From NCBI GenBank assembly GCA_964187785.1, contig OZ076417.1:36394001-36458000 (forward strand): a DNA stretch of 64,000 bases, written 5' to 3'. This document shows, in pieces, positions 1 to 10,665 of this stretch. Position 1 is the stretch's first letter. Each line of letters begins with the position of its first letter. The stretch comes from Amphiscolops sp. MND2022. Its lineage: Eukaryota. Under the pieces are notes generated by a model that was not told the DNA's origin, ran no database searches, and saw nothing but the letters and a program-made list of their open reading frames with translations. A program made the translations under genes and the position numbers.

Positions 1-21
1 CTTTCTCATTCTCCTTTCCAG

Positions 22-2128
22 GCCATATTCCAGCATCTCTTCAATTGCAGTATGCATGACATCGCAGACCACATTTCTTCCTCGCAGTTCTTCGCTCTGG
101 AATTTGAGGATGAAGGAGCTAGCCGCTTCATGTCGCTCAGGTACTGGAAGGGTCAACACTTGTGCAGGGTCGTCATTTGTCGCAGTGGGTTGCCCAGCAC
201 GAATCTCACTGGCGAGTTAGGTTCCTTGGCCCGCCTGCTCTCGGTGGTCTCAACGAAGGCGGATATTGTGGCCTGTTCCGGATGCCTTTCTGAATTGATC
301 CGAACACTAGATGAACTCCCGACCTCTTCCCGTGCTGTCCAACGTTGCTTCCGATTCAGCCAGTTGAATTTACCTAGATTGATGCATAGAAGCAGTTACA
401 GTGTTTTCGGGCATCTGGACTTCTTCTCAGTGTTACGAGGTCTGGTCATCTCTTTGGGTGGATCTTCTCAAGAAGATTGGGTGCAACGCAGTCCTGTGTT
501 AGCCAAGGTTAGCAATAATTAGGGTTTCAATGTTAGGCACTTTTCTGGTTAGTTTGGGACGTTAGCCTGGGTCTTACAATGATTCTGAATTTTTCCTTAG
601 GCTATCTCTAAAAGTGACTTGGAGCTCTCCACTTTGCCAATTCTGTGTCAGGAGCTCATGGAAGAGTGGAAGTTCGTAGTTTCCTACCTCACACTGCATG
701 CCCCCAAACAGCAAGGCCAAGGAGTCAGAACGAGGGTAAGTGGCCCTACCTGGACCTTGTTCCAAATTCTTTAGGTAGGAATGACACAGGCTTGCTATTG
801 TTTCCTGTTATGTTCTAGGTCCAGAGTTTTGAGTGGTCGCTCATCTGTGACGAGTTTTTCCTTGTCAAGCTGGAACTCTTCTACCATCTCGTCAGCGATT
901 GTTAGTATAACAAGGTGGACTGATTTGTCTTGCTGAGACTAGTGAGGATTGTTCCTTTGTTTTTAGACAACTCCAGTTTTGTAAACAATCTTCAATGTAG
1001 ACGAGACTCGTCCTTCTACCTTTGTGGAGAAATAGCCCGCTACATTTACCGGCTCTGCTTCCGCTGTTATTCCCCCGACACTATTCCTCTAGAAAATTCG
1101 TGGTTCCTTCTCTTGAACTTCCAGACCAGCGAGGGAACCTTCATGCCAGCGGACGAGTTCCTGACCCGGCTAAAGATGACTAATAAAGTTGCCAAGTCTT
1201 GCAAGCAGAAAACGGAAGGGGTGCATTCAGGCAAGAAGATTGACAGGGCTGTTGTTCAGAAGACCGCCACTACCATCAAAAATGATTTCGTCCGGGACAC
1301 TCAATCCTACCTGCAGTATCTGATTGGAACAGTCCTTCGACAAGCCGGCCTTTGCTCTAACCTCGTCAGGGGGCTTGCTGCCTTTGACTCTCATATTATG
1401 GTGCATAGGCCTACCGAAGTAGCTCTCCGTCATTTTGATCTCTTGTACCGTACCTTCCAGCTTCGATCTTGGGTTAGCTCTGCAAACGAGTCTGCCTGTC
1501 GAGACGAGTACGTGGAGTTGCTAGATCAACTTCGTGCCTCCGTTCTACCTTCCTTTGATGTCACTCAGGGTTCTCCGGATCTGATTGACTTCCTCATCAA
1601 CCTTGACTTTATGCAGGAGCACAGTCACTTGTTGTACCTATTCAAATTGAGCTGCCTGTGTGTTACTTCTAACAATCCTCGTTATCCCGTGGTAACTGTG
1701 GGGTCCCTCAGCACTTCAAACTATCAGAGTAGGCTTACTGACGTGGTTTTACCCGTGCAGAGTTACCTGTCTGGAGTTCCTGACTCTGTTGCTTTCTGTA
1801 GCAATGAGTCCAATCTGAGTGAATTCTCCCTTCTTTCCGCCTCATTCGGTCGATCAGCCTTATCCTCCTCCTATGACCCCTGACGTTCATTGATGAGTTT
1901 GGCAGGGGGAAGATCTACAAGACCTTATTGACGACATATCGTTCTGCACTTTCCGGACTGGGGGAAGAAGTTGGAGACCCTGATGGGAACGAAACCTCTA
2001 CCTTTGGAGAGGCACCTGCTGTAGTACCCCCTAGTGATCGCAAGCGAAGACGGATGGAGAAGAGCAATTCGAGGTCAAGGGCCTCTTCTGTCGTAGAAGA
2101 CTCTCCTGCTGGTACTTCTAAGGATTAA
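22..2128 (+). CDS. Spliced antisense gene in the 3' region of element A; hAT-transposase-like protein lacking catalytic motifs, one frameshift near 1881
   Basis: Exons 22-507, 601-735, 819-900 and 967-~1882 join in frame through GT-AG introns (phases 0,0,1) with no stops. A 1-nt loss near 1881 would join the last 82 codons to TAA 2126-2128. Motif spacing (FFALEFED...LRYW; W..VVSYL...KLELF; LVRGLAAFD...EY..LL; LLYLFKL) follows hAT transposases. The 5' end is outside the window. Confidence 0.75.
508..600 (+). other. Intron 1 of antisense gene (93 nt, phase 0)
   Basis: AAG|GTTAGC donor and TTTTTCCTTAG|GCT acceptor. Splicing removes the TAG that ends ORF 52-522. Confidence 0.8.
736..818 (+). other. 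Intron 2 of antisense gene (83 nt, phase 0)
   Basis: AGG|GTAAGT consensus donor and TGTTATGTTCTAG|GTC acceptor. Confidence 0.8.
901..966 (+). other. Intron 3 of antisense gene (66 nt, phase 1)
   Basis: GATT|GTTAGT donor and CCTTTGTTTTTAG|AC acceptor. T+AC forms Tyr and lands in the frame of ORF 930-1883. Confidence 0.8.
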
Positions 2129-2372
2129 TTGTACATATGTATTTATGTACCTACAAACTGTAAACTTTGTTGATTTTCTGTTTGTATTATTTGTTTCATC
2201 TTGTTGTCCTTGATTTCCTGATCCCGTATTTATTTTCCTTGCAAGGGATCGTTCAAATGTTCCATTATTTATTCAGAAAATACTGCTGTATGGGACTGAT
2301 TAAAAGAAAAAAATAGAAGAGAAAAAAGCAGATCAGTTCAGGGCTAGTTTCCTGAACTTAATTTAATTCTCT

Positions 2373-5300
2373 CTAGTATCTGTAGTCTTCTGAGTAGTTT
2401 GGGTTGGGATTAGGCCTGAGATTATATTTCCCTCCTCTAGGACTCAGGCTTTCATTTCTAGCATCGTTTTCAGATATTTCGGGCACGATAATATCAACCC
2501 CCCTTTTTGGAGAATTTTGTGCATCGATTTCAGTTCTAAAATTTTCATCGGGGGAAATTTCTTTATCTCTAAGGCTGTCTGCCGTATCCGGCAAGGATTT
2601 TTCATGGCTTTTTGGGGAAATGGCCGGATTCGGCCAATCAGGTTCTTCATTTCTAGACTGTTCACTAGCTTCATTTCTTGTAGTGACGTCATCAATTAAT
2701 CGTTCATTCCGGCTATGCGACGCACGATCAGCAAGATTTGATTCATCACTCGTGATTACATAATCCACTTCATTCTCGTGTGCGTCACTTGTATTCGGTT
2801 GTGCCGCATTCGGTTGTTCGCCATTCGGCACGCTAGTAGGAATAGTCTCGTTGTCTCGTGTAACTAGCTGCTCGCCAAAATCTGTTTCCCACGTTATGAC
2901 GTATAAATCATCTTGCGGAATGACAATTTCTTCATCTGGCTGCAATTGTTGTTCTCGGAAATTATCCTCAAGCGGTTGATTGGGGACAAACTTCTTGAGA
3001 CGAATGCGATGCAAAATTTGAGTTTTGTTCGTATTGATCCGTCGTACTATATAGTTTTCATTTGGCAAAATTTTTGGACTACAAATGGTCCAACCCAACG
3101 GTAATCGCGGAATGGAATTTTTGATCCTTGATTATACGCTTTCGGCTGTAAGACAAAACAGTATTCGTTCTCCTTTAGTGGAGCAGCTTTTGCTTTACGG
3201 TCGTAATATTCTTTGTACTTGATATACGACTGCATAATGTTCTTCTTCGTTTTGTCAATCAGAATTTTTGTCCGATTTTGGATTTCTTCAGCAAACTCGG
3301 TTGTGGGGTTGATCTGCTCATTTGGATTATTTCCAAGTTTGTGATCCAAGATATTAAATGGAATTCGTCCGTTGAATACTCTCGTCGGCTCACAACCGAT
3401 GCTGGCGTGATAACTAGTATTATGATTCAGTACTGCTAATGGCAAATATTTGTGCCATTGTCGGCGATATTCCCCACATGCCATTTTGAGATTTGTTTTC
3501 AATGATGCATGGGTTCGCTCCAATTTCCCAATTGTCTGCGGGTGTTTTGTTGTTGCGCATTTGAGTGTTATGCCCAAAATTTGCGTAATCTCCGCGATAA
3601 TTGTAGAAGTAAATGCAGTACCTTTGTCAGTAATGAGAGTCGTTGGTAAGTACGCATGTTTGATCATGATGTCAATTATTGCCTTTGCTACATTGATCGC
3701 TGATGCGTCCGTAAGGGGATAAGCGAACAAATATCTGGAGAATACATCAATTGCCGTTAGGACATTTTCATACCCTCCACTTGGGGGAAGATTCGGCAAT
3801 AGGTCGATTTGCATGGCGTCTTCAGGTCCAAGGTCCCATTCGGGCAAGTTGATTAGTTCAGGTGTGATCGTTGCTTTAGGGACTCTCTTGTCTCTGGCAC
3901 ATTGTTCGCACCCTTCTACCCACTTTTTGACGTACTTAGCCATGCTAGGGTAATAATACCTCTGTCGAATTTCCTGCAGCATTTTTGAAATCCCAGGGTC
4001 TTTGTGCGCTGTCCCATGAAGAGACTGAAGTAATTCCTGGAGTAAATGTTGCGGGAGCAGAATTTGATGGTATTTAACGTTCCCTATTTCATCAAAGTAT
4101 TGCCTTGTCAGGATTTCGTCCTTAAGTACAATTCGTTCCAGGTTGTTTGCGTAATGTCTGTATCGGGCATCCTGGTGCAGTAGATTTTCTGAATAATCCT
4201 CATGAAGCAGTTTTGCTTTCAATTGTTGTAGTACTGGATCTTTGGATTGCTCGATAATGATCTGGTTCGTCTTCCTCAATCGGGCTTGTATATCGGGGTG
4301 TTGCTTGACTAGATTTGTTGACAGAGTTTGTATAGTAACAGTGGGCTCATCAGTTATTGGATTTTTCCTGATTGCTTCTTTTCTTGCCCAATATTGTTCC
4401 TCCGTCTCATCGTCGTCATTGGTGTAGAAGATTTGTTCTTCTTGTGACACCCCTGCGGATTGGACATTGATTTCGATTGGTAGTGTTTGTACATCTTCAC
4501 GAATTTTCATCACCAATTTGTCCTTGGGGTCTGTTTCCAATCGGGGCAAATAGTCGGCAGCTGTATTTTGTGCCCCCGGGATGTGCGCTATGGCAAAATT
4601 GAACTGAATAACATAGTCACATGCGTTCCACAGTGCTGGGGGTATTATTTTCGTTTGGAAAAATCGTGTTACAGCTTTGTTGTCCGTAAGGATGATGACC
4701 GGTTTCGGCGCACCCCAAAAGATATGTCCGAATTCTTTGAATGCAAAATAAATTGCAAGAATTCTTTAGCATAAATTGACATCTTGATCTGTGCTGGGGT
4801 GAAAGTTTTTGATCCATATGCGACCGGTGCATACGATTTTCTGAGTGATGTGAATTTCTGGCTTGGGTCGTCTTCAATTAGGACCGCGTACCCGGCTGCA
4901 CCAAAACTTGCATCAGTCATTAGTGATACTTGCTTGTTCGGAATGGGTTGCTGTAGGGCCAAGTCGCAACATTTGTCTAGTGCTTTGTTGATTTCTTCGA
5001 ATTGCTGGACTAATTCTTTCGATACTAGGACTTTTTCGTCACTTTTCAGCATCTTGTAGAATGGAGCAAGGCGTTCGGAGAGTCTTGGGACATAATTCCT
5101 GTAGTAGTTTAGGAATCCCAAATATCGTTGTAGAGCCTTTTTCGACTTCGGGAATTTGGTCTTTTCCAGAAAAATTTGCACGTTCTGTTTCTGGGGTTTG
5201 ACGCCTTGTGGGGTAATTGTTCGTCCGAGAAAATCAATTTCTTTTGCACCGAAGTGACATTTGTGCATTGTTAACTTAAGGCCTGCTTCCTGAATGCATT

Positions 5301-7583
5301 TGAACGTAGCTCTCAGGTTTGTCATGAGGTGATCAACATCATTGGCTGCGATGCCGATATCGTCCACATATTGGGCACATTGATCCGCTTTAATAACTTT
5401 GTCAAGGTATTCTCTCATGAAACTTGAGAATGCGGATAGTGACCGACTAAGGCCTTGTGCTAATCGTCTGTGAGCGAATGTGCGACTGGCAAAATTGAAA
5501 GCCAACATTTCGATTGAGCGTTGGTCGGCCATTGGTAGGCAGTGGTATGCCTGCGAACAGTCTAATTTACAGAACAGTTTTTTGCCTGCCAAGTGTTGGG
5601 CGGCATCAACTAGTGTACTGACGGGGTGATTATTGTTGATATAATCATCCGATATGAGGTTGTTGATTTTTCTCAAGTCAACCAAGAGTCGGAGTTTCCC
5701 ATTCGGCTTCTTTTGTGCGAATATTGGACTTGCATATTTCGTGAATGGCAGTGTGGTTATTATGCCATATTTGTGTAACATGGCTAATTCAACTAGGATG
5801 TCCTCCTTCAAGTTGATAGGAGCTGGAAGGCTTTGACTATAGGCTGGGGAATCCTCTATAGGCGTCAGTTTCACCTTGAATTCCTCATTCATGCCTATAT
5901 CAAATCGGTGTCGTGCAAAGATGTCATGGAATTCCACTAACAATTCCTCAATTTTCTCCTTCTCTTCAGGAGTAAGGGTGGAATCTTTCCAGTCAAAGTT
6001 TTCTAAGAATTTTGCACGCGATTCTGCATCTGTAGTGGGGTCGAGTGTCTCCAGGTCCTGTAGGGCCTGTAACTCGCGTAGGATTCGTTTTTGTATAGGT
6101 GTGTGTTCCTCAGGATTTCCAGGATTCTCTGGAGTTGGGAACCAATAATTTTCGGAGTTTTGTGGATTTCTATTGGTCTTGATGAGACTGCTGACGTAAT
6201 GGGCTGCTTGCTCCTGGTCATTCTGCAACAGGTGCCAGGTTGATGCCGGATCTACCGGTTTGACATACTTCATCTGTTCTGGTGTCATGACAGAGAAATT
6301 GGCAATATGAAGTCCCTTTTTGAGTTTATAAGGGTGGTCTGTGAAATTGTTCACTGGTATCAATATATTGCCGTCATTCAAAGTGACCAGAGCTGGGCAA
6401 AATGTGATGTCGCCTTCTTCGTGTAGAAGGTCGCTCGGTTGCAAAATTCCAGTGACAGCATTCTCGAGGTAGAGTAGGGAATTGGTACTAATTAGGACTT
6501 TATCGTTTGGTGGAATAGTTATCTCAATAGGGTTGAGAATTGGTTCCAATACATTTGAATAATTATGGTCAGCCGTTTTGAGCTGCATCGAAAAGAACGG
6601 GAAATTCAGTATCCCTTGTCGCATATCCAGAACTGTATGGTTTCGCTGAAGGAACATCAGTCCAATAATCGGTCCAGTCAAGTGTTCCATTACTATGAAA
6701 ATTTCGTGGAATTCAATGTCACCAACTTCAAATTTGAGCTCTATGGTACTCTTGGGAGTTTCCAGTTGCCCATTAGCGACCATGATTCGGAAATTCGGAG
6801 GCGGACCTTCCCGGATAACGGATTGTGGAGATAAAAGTCGAATTTTCCGGAGGTCCATTTCAGGAATTGCACTGGACAGCGCTCCAGTGTCAATGAGTCC
6901 GTCAATGGTCAATTCCCCAAAGTCCATTGGGAAATACAACATGCGTTTTTTGCATTTGAGGTTGATGTTGGTTGACAGGGGTATACAGTCTGGTTCGCCG
7001 TCTCTAGTGATTAAGACATTTTGGAACTGTCTCTCGTCTATCAATGATTGTGGTATGGGTGCAGCCTTGCTGTCATGGGTCTCGGTCCCCAATGGGTTTG
7101 GGAACACTGGATGGTTTGTGCCATCATTCATTTGCCAGTTTTCAATTAGCGCTCTTGTTTTCTTGTTATGGGTAATTGGAGGGTTCTCGTGGACAGTTCT
7201 ATTATAGTGTTCAATATCGTCCAGGACATATTGAAATTGTAGTGAATCTTGGTTATAAAGCTCGGTGACCCAGTAGGGATCTCTGTTGTAGTCTGGATCG
7301 ATGTATGTTGGATTGTAGTCATCGATCAGGGGAATAGGCCTGAACCGGGTAGTGAAGGTGGTGGTGTAATCAGGGTCCCAAACAGGAATTGGTTTCTGGA
7401 ACAAATGGGTGTTATTGTAAGTGATGATGGTGGCTTTTTCCATCTGCTGCTGCCAGACAACAGAGGGATAGCCCATCAATTGCTGATTGTATTGGTGGAA
7501 AGTCTGTGTTGGAGGGTCCGATCTGATGTACTGTCGGACAGATATTAATTCGTTATATTGGAGTCGTGGCGAAGTTAGTTTTT
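2373..7583 (-). pseudogene. pol: Element A pol (PR, dUTPase-like domain, RT, RNase H, integrase), two 1-nt frameshifts
   Basis: LIDTGA protease; QYVDD RT; TDASF RNase H; H..AH...C..C zinc finger; integrase D(IDLL)...D(ITDKG)...E(LER). Frameshifts at ~4757 and in an A-run at ~3072 link ORFs 4669-7479, 3047-4549 and 2373-3098. Confidence 0.92.
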
Positions 7584-9269
7584 TGACTCATCATTAGAAT
7601 ATGAGGATTGGGAGCCCGATGATGTCGGTTTGGTCTGAGGTTTCTGAGCCTTGGGATTGGGCTTATTGTCAGTTGAGTCCTCAGGTCTAGTGCGCTTGGG
7701 TTCAAGATGTGCACCAGCACCTTGCCAACATCTCTCCTCCGGGTGGTTCTTTTTCCCACAAGTGCCACACTCCGGATATGTTTTCTTCTGCGTCGACTTG
7801 CCTTGTTGGGCATCTTTTTCTTTTTTCTTTTTCAGTTTTTCGCAGTCCTTGACCATGTGGCCCTTTTCCTTGCAGTAATTGCAAGTAATGTCTGACATTT
7901 GCCCAGTGGACAGAGGAGTTTTAGATTTTGTAGTCGAGGAGGTCATTGTGGCCATTGGTAGGTCATCTGACTCCTCGAGGGCGTTAAGTTCTAATTCTCT
8001 CTCCAAATGAGCAACTATCTCATCGTAGGAGCCATTTTCTAATCTGGCCATGTTGACGGACCGCTTCAGTTTTGGTGGCAGTTTTGCATAAAGCAAGCTG
8101 TCAATCATTTTCTGCGCATGATCACCAAACGCCTTTTCGGCTCCCTGGTTTAGTTCTTCGAGAAAATTAGGCAGTTTCATGGTATTGGGATCGAAGACCA
8201 GACGGTGCCATTCATGTTTGGCAGTCGCCTGTGACTCGGGCTTGACGTATTTTCGTCTAAAAATGACTAATACGTCCTCTAGAGTTTGTCGGTTGCTTGA
8301 GCTGATATTTCTGAATGTCTGAAGAGCATTCTTCCTCAATAAAGAGTGGAAGTGGTTGATCTTCATTTGCTCAGTCATTTCTGGCTGCATCTTGATCATG
8401 GTGTGAAATAGGTCTTCGAACAGCTCGAATTTTTCGCTTTTGCCATCGAATGTCATGGTATTTGAGTTGACTGGGCGTATGGTAAGTTGGTGGGCTGTCG
8501 GTCTATTCTGCATTGTAGTCAAGACGTCTGCCAGTCGAGTGATGGGGTCAGAGTCAGCAGCCGTAGTGATTCTCTCTTGTGCTGGGATCGTCGTGTCGAG
8601 GTTGATGCCCTCAAAGGACTTGTCGAGATGATTTCTGGATGAGATTCGTCCTGTGAGAAACTCAGGAACTTGATTTGGAGATTCGTTGTCTCCTGTCACC
8701 ATGTCATGAACATTACGGTTTGTTTTATCACCGTGTTCATTATTGAGAGTAGTTCTAGTTTTCGCGTTGTACTGAACTTCGGAATAACTTTCCGGTCTCT
8801 CGCCAGGTCTCTCCCATCCCCTTCTAGTCTCCTGTCCTGAACCGGCCATAATGACGTTTTGAATCTGGGGCAAAATCTGATTACTTATGGCGTCACTTAT
8901 GGCTCTTTGAATCTGAGAACTAACACTGTCCATCATTACATCCATTTCTCTAGATATCCTAGAGTTCAACTCACTCGACAACTTATTGATCTCAGCTTGA
9001 GAGTCTACACTTGCTGAATTTCGGTCATACCCGGTACTAGTCCCGACTCCAAGATTTCTGTGGTCAGAATGGAGATCCATTTCCTCATTTTCCAAGTTAT
9101 TACTTATAATACTCTCTTGCCTTCTAATGGAAGTTCCATCGAGACTTTCGTCTCTCCTCGTATCATTGAAGTGATTTTCACCTAACATTATGTCAAGGTT
9201 TTCAATGTCAGAGAGAATTTCTAATCCTCTAGATTTCCTTGCTTTCTTTTGCTTTCTTGTTGTAGGCAT
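7575..9269 (-). CDS. gag: Element A Gag (564 aa)
   Basis: Intact ORF with capsid-like core (FDGKSEKFELFEDLF) and two knuckles, CNYCKEKGHMVKDC and CGTCGKKNHPEERC. It starts inside the LTR. Confidence 0.92.
   Translation of the reverse strand: MPTTRKQKKARKSRGLEILSDIENLDIMLGENHFNDTRRDESLDGTSIRRQESIISNNLENEEMDLHSDHRNLGVGTSTGYDRNSASVDSQAEINKLSSELNSRISREMDVMMDSVSSQIQRAISDAISNQILPQIQNVIMAGSGQETRRGWERPGERPESYSEVQYNAKTRTTLNNEHGDKTNRNVHDMVTGDNESPNQVPEFLTGRISSRNHLDKSFEGINLDTTIPAQERITTAADSDPITRLADVLTTMQNRPTAHQLTIRPVNSNTMTFDGKSEKFELFEDLFHTMIKMQPEMTEQMKINHFHSLLRKNALQTFRNISSSNRQTLEDVLVIFRRKYVKPESQATAKHEWHRLVFDPNTMKLPNFLEELNQGAEKAFGDHAQKMIDSLLYAKLPPKLKRSVNMARLENGSYDEIVAHLERELELNALEESDDLPMATMTSSTTKSKTPLSTGQMSDITCNYCKEKGHMVKDCEKLKKKKEKDAQQGKSTQKKTYPECGTCGKKNHPEERCWQGAGAHLEPKRTRPEDSTDNKPNPKAQKPQTKPTSSGSQSSYSNDESKN
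7578..7584 (-). promoter_or_regulatory. -1 ribosomal frameshift heptamer A AAA AAC at the gag/pol junction
   Basis: TCA AAA AAC TAA ends gag. The -1 frame (AAA AAA CTA ACT TCG...) is open into pol ORF 4669-7479. Confidence 0.85.
8684..8701 (-). promoter_or_regulatory. Primer-binding site of element A (TGGTGACAGGAG...), lying inside the gag reading frame
   Basis: TGG directly follows ...GTTCATGACA, the position at which both solo LTRs end. The cognate tRNA was not identified. Confidence 0.75.
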
Positions 9270-10633
9270 TAAGACAAATCCGGGTCGAATATTTCAATTA
9301 TTAGAACCGGAAAACGGTATTTGGTTGTGGGTTTGCAACAAAATTATTATCAACTAATTGTAATGAGCAAAACGTAAGGTTGTGTCTGACCAAGGAAGTA
9401 GCACCTATATATACTGCCTCGGGCATGACATACATAGTTCGAATACTAAAAACTGTGATGACCACATTCCGAGAGCACCTGATTTTCATAATTTTACAAA
9501 CATCAAAGTACCGCAGAAATGTGATCGGAACAGTCACACGACCATTCAAATTCCTACTTTGACCACACTAATAAACATTTGAATGGCACGTAGGGCATCA
9601 AAGAACATCATATAAATGCAGAGACCGCTTATATTCAAAGAATGCCAACAATCTCGTGTCGGCACGTGCCTCATTATCAAGCAGGACTGACAATAAATCA
9701 ACATTATTACATGCTATTGTACCTGCTAATTTCTATAAAATATTACTACAGATTGCACAGGCTAGCTGGTGAAAGTGGCCAGAAAGGTCCTTCAGACCGG
9801 CGCATGCAGTAACATTATAGGTCAACATCTATTGCACTAATTAGTTTAGAGAACTACATGAATGTTTATAACGTGATTACAAACATACATTACATTTAAA
9901 GTACATGAACTCATCAAACAAAACATCCGGTTATTAATCAGGGTAGGAGCCTTAACCGGCTACTATCCGGTTGGTTCTGGCAATGCGAAACAATAACCAG
10001 GCAACTGGCCTTATTCGGCCAAGTATCAAACAAAGCACTAATTACTAAATTGAACGTTCAACCAGTGTTAAAGCACAACTATTATACTATTAGTCAACAC
10101 TCGAAGGTATTACGATGTACTTCTTTCATTACTGCTTCGTGGCCGGAATCGGCCGTTTGACTAAAGCACCGATAAATAAAAGCAGAGTTCTGTCGGATGA
10201 CCTTAACCGGCCATTTATTGAATACAGCAATAATATCACGAGGATGGATAAATGTGATTAGCTAACGAGGTGAGCTCAAGTGACGTCTCCGGAATCAGAG
10301 TTGCGTTCACTTGAACTCGTTTCCTTTACGCTATTTAGCCGTGTTTGCTTCAATTATATTATTGTACTGCACTTCAAGCCTTACAAACATCAGCTCATTA
10401 TTTGAATCATTCAGTTGTTGGCATTAACGGACTAATACTAGCAAAAGGTGTACAGTAGTTGAAAAAGTAGCAACAGTAATAAATCCGACTTACAAAACTA
10501 GACAAAATGACATAAGACTTTGAGTTTTGAGCGTTTTTACCTCTCTAATAGATTGGAAGGGTGCCGGTCGCTACCTCTTGCCCTTCTGCCGAAGTCGTGA
10601 TTCTAGTGCCGTCACAGGCGGCAGCCTGCGACA
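8702..10633 (-). repeat. 5' LTR of element A (1932 bp)
   Basis: Starts TGTCGCAGGCTGCCGCCTGTGACGGCA and ends GTTCATGACA. The ends are homologous to those of solo LTRs 25729-27441 and 54052-55908. The flank predicts a TSD of GATGG (10634-10638). Confidence 0.88.
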
Positions 10634-10665
10634 GATGGATTTTCAAGGATGAATCATAGGCTCAC

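Larger units (their letters stand above)
1..10633 (-). mobile_element. Ty3/Gypsy LTR retrotransposon A (long-LTR type); 3' end lies beyond the left window edge
   Basis: 5' LTR TG...CA at 10633-8702, PBS-like TGG immediately after it, gag with two CCHC knuckles, then pol in PR-RT-RH-IN order (Gypsy order). No second LTR copy between 1 and 8701. Confidence 0.93.

Noticed and set aside
930-1883. Envelope (env) gene of element A
   Set aside because: It is antisense to pol, has no signal peptide, furin site or TM anchor, and its motif pattern is transposase-like.
10260-10330. Hammerhead ribozyme in the LTR (conserved GAAAC)
   Set aside because: No CTGANGA core at a compatible position in any of the three LTRs.
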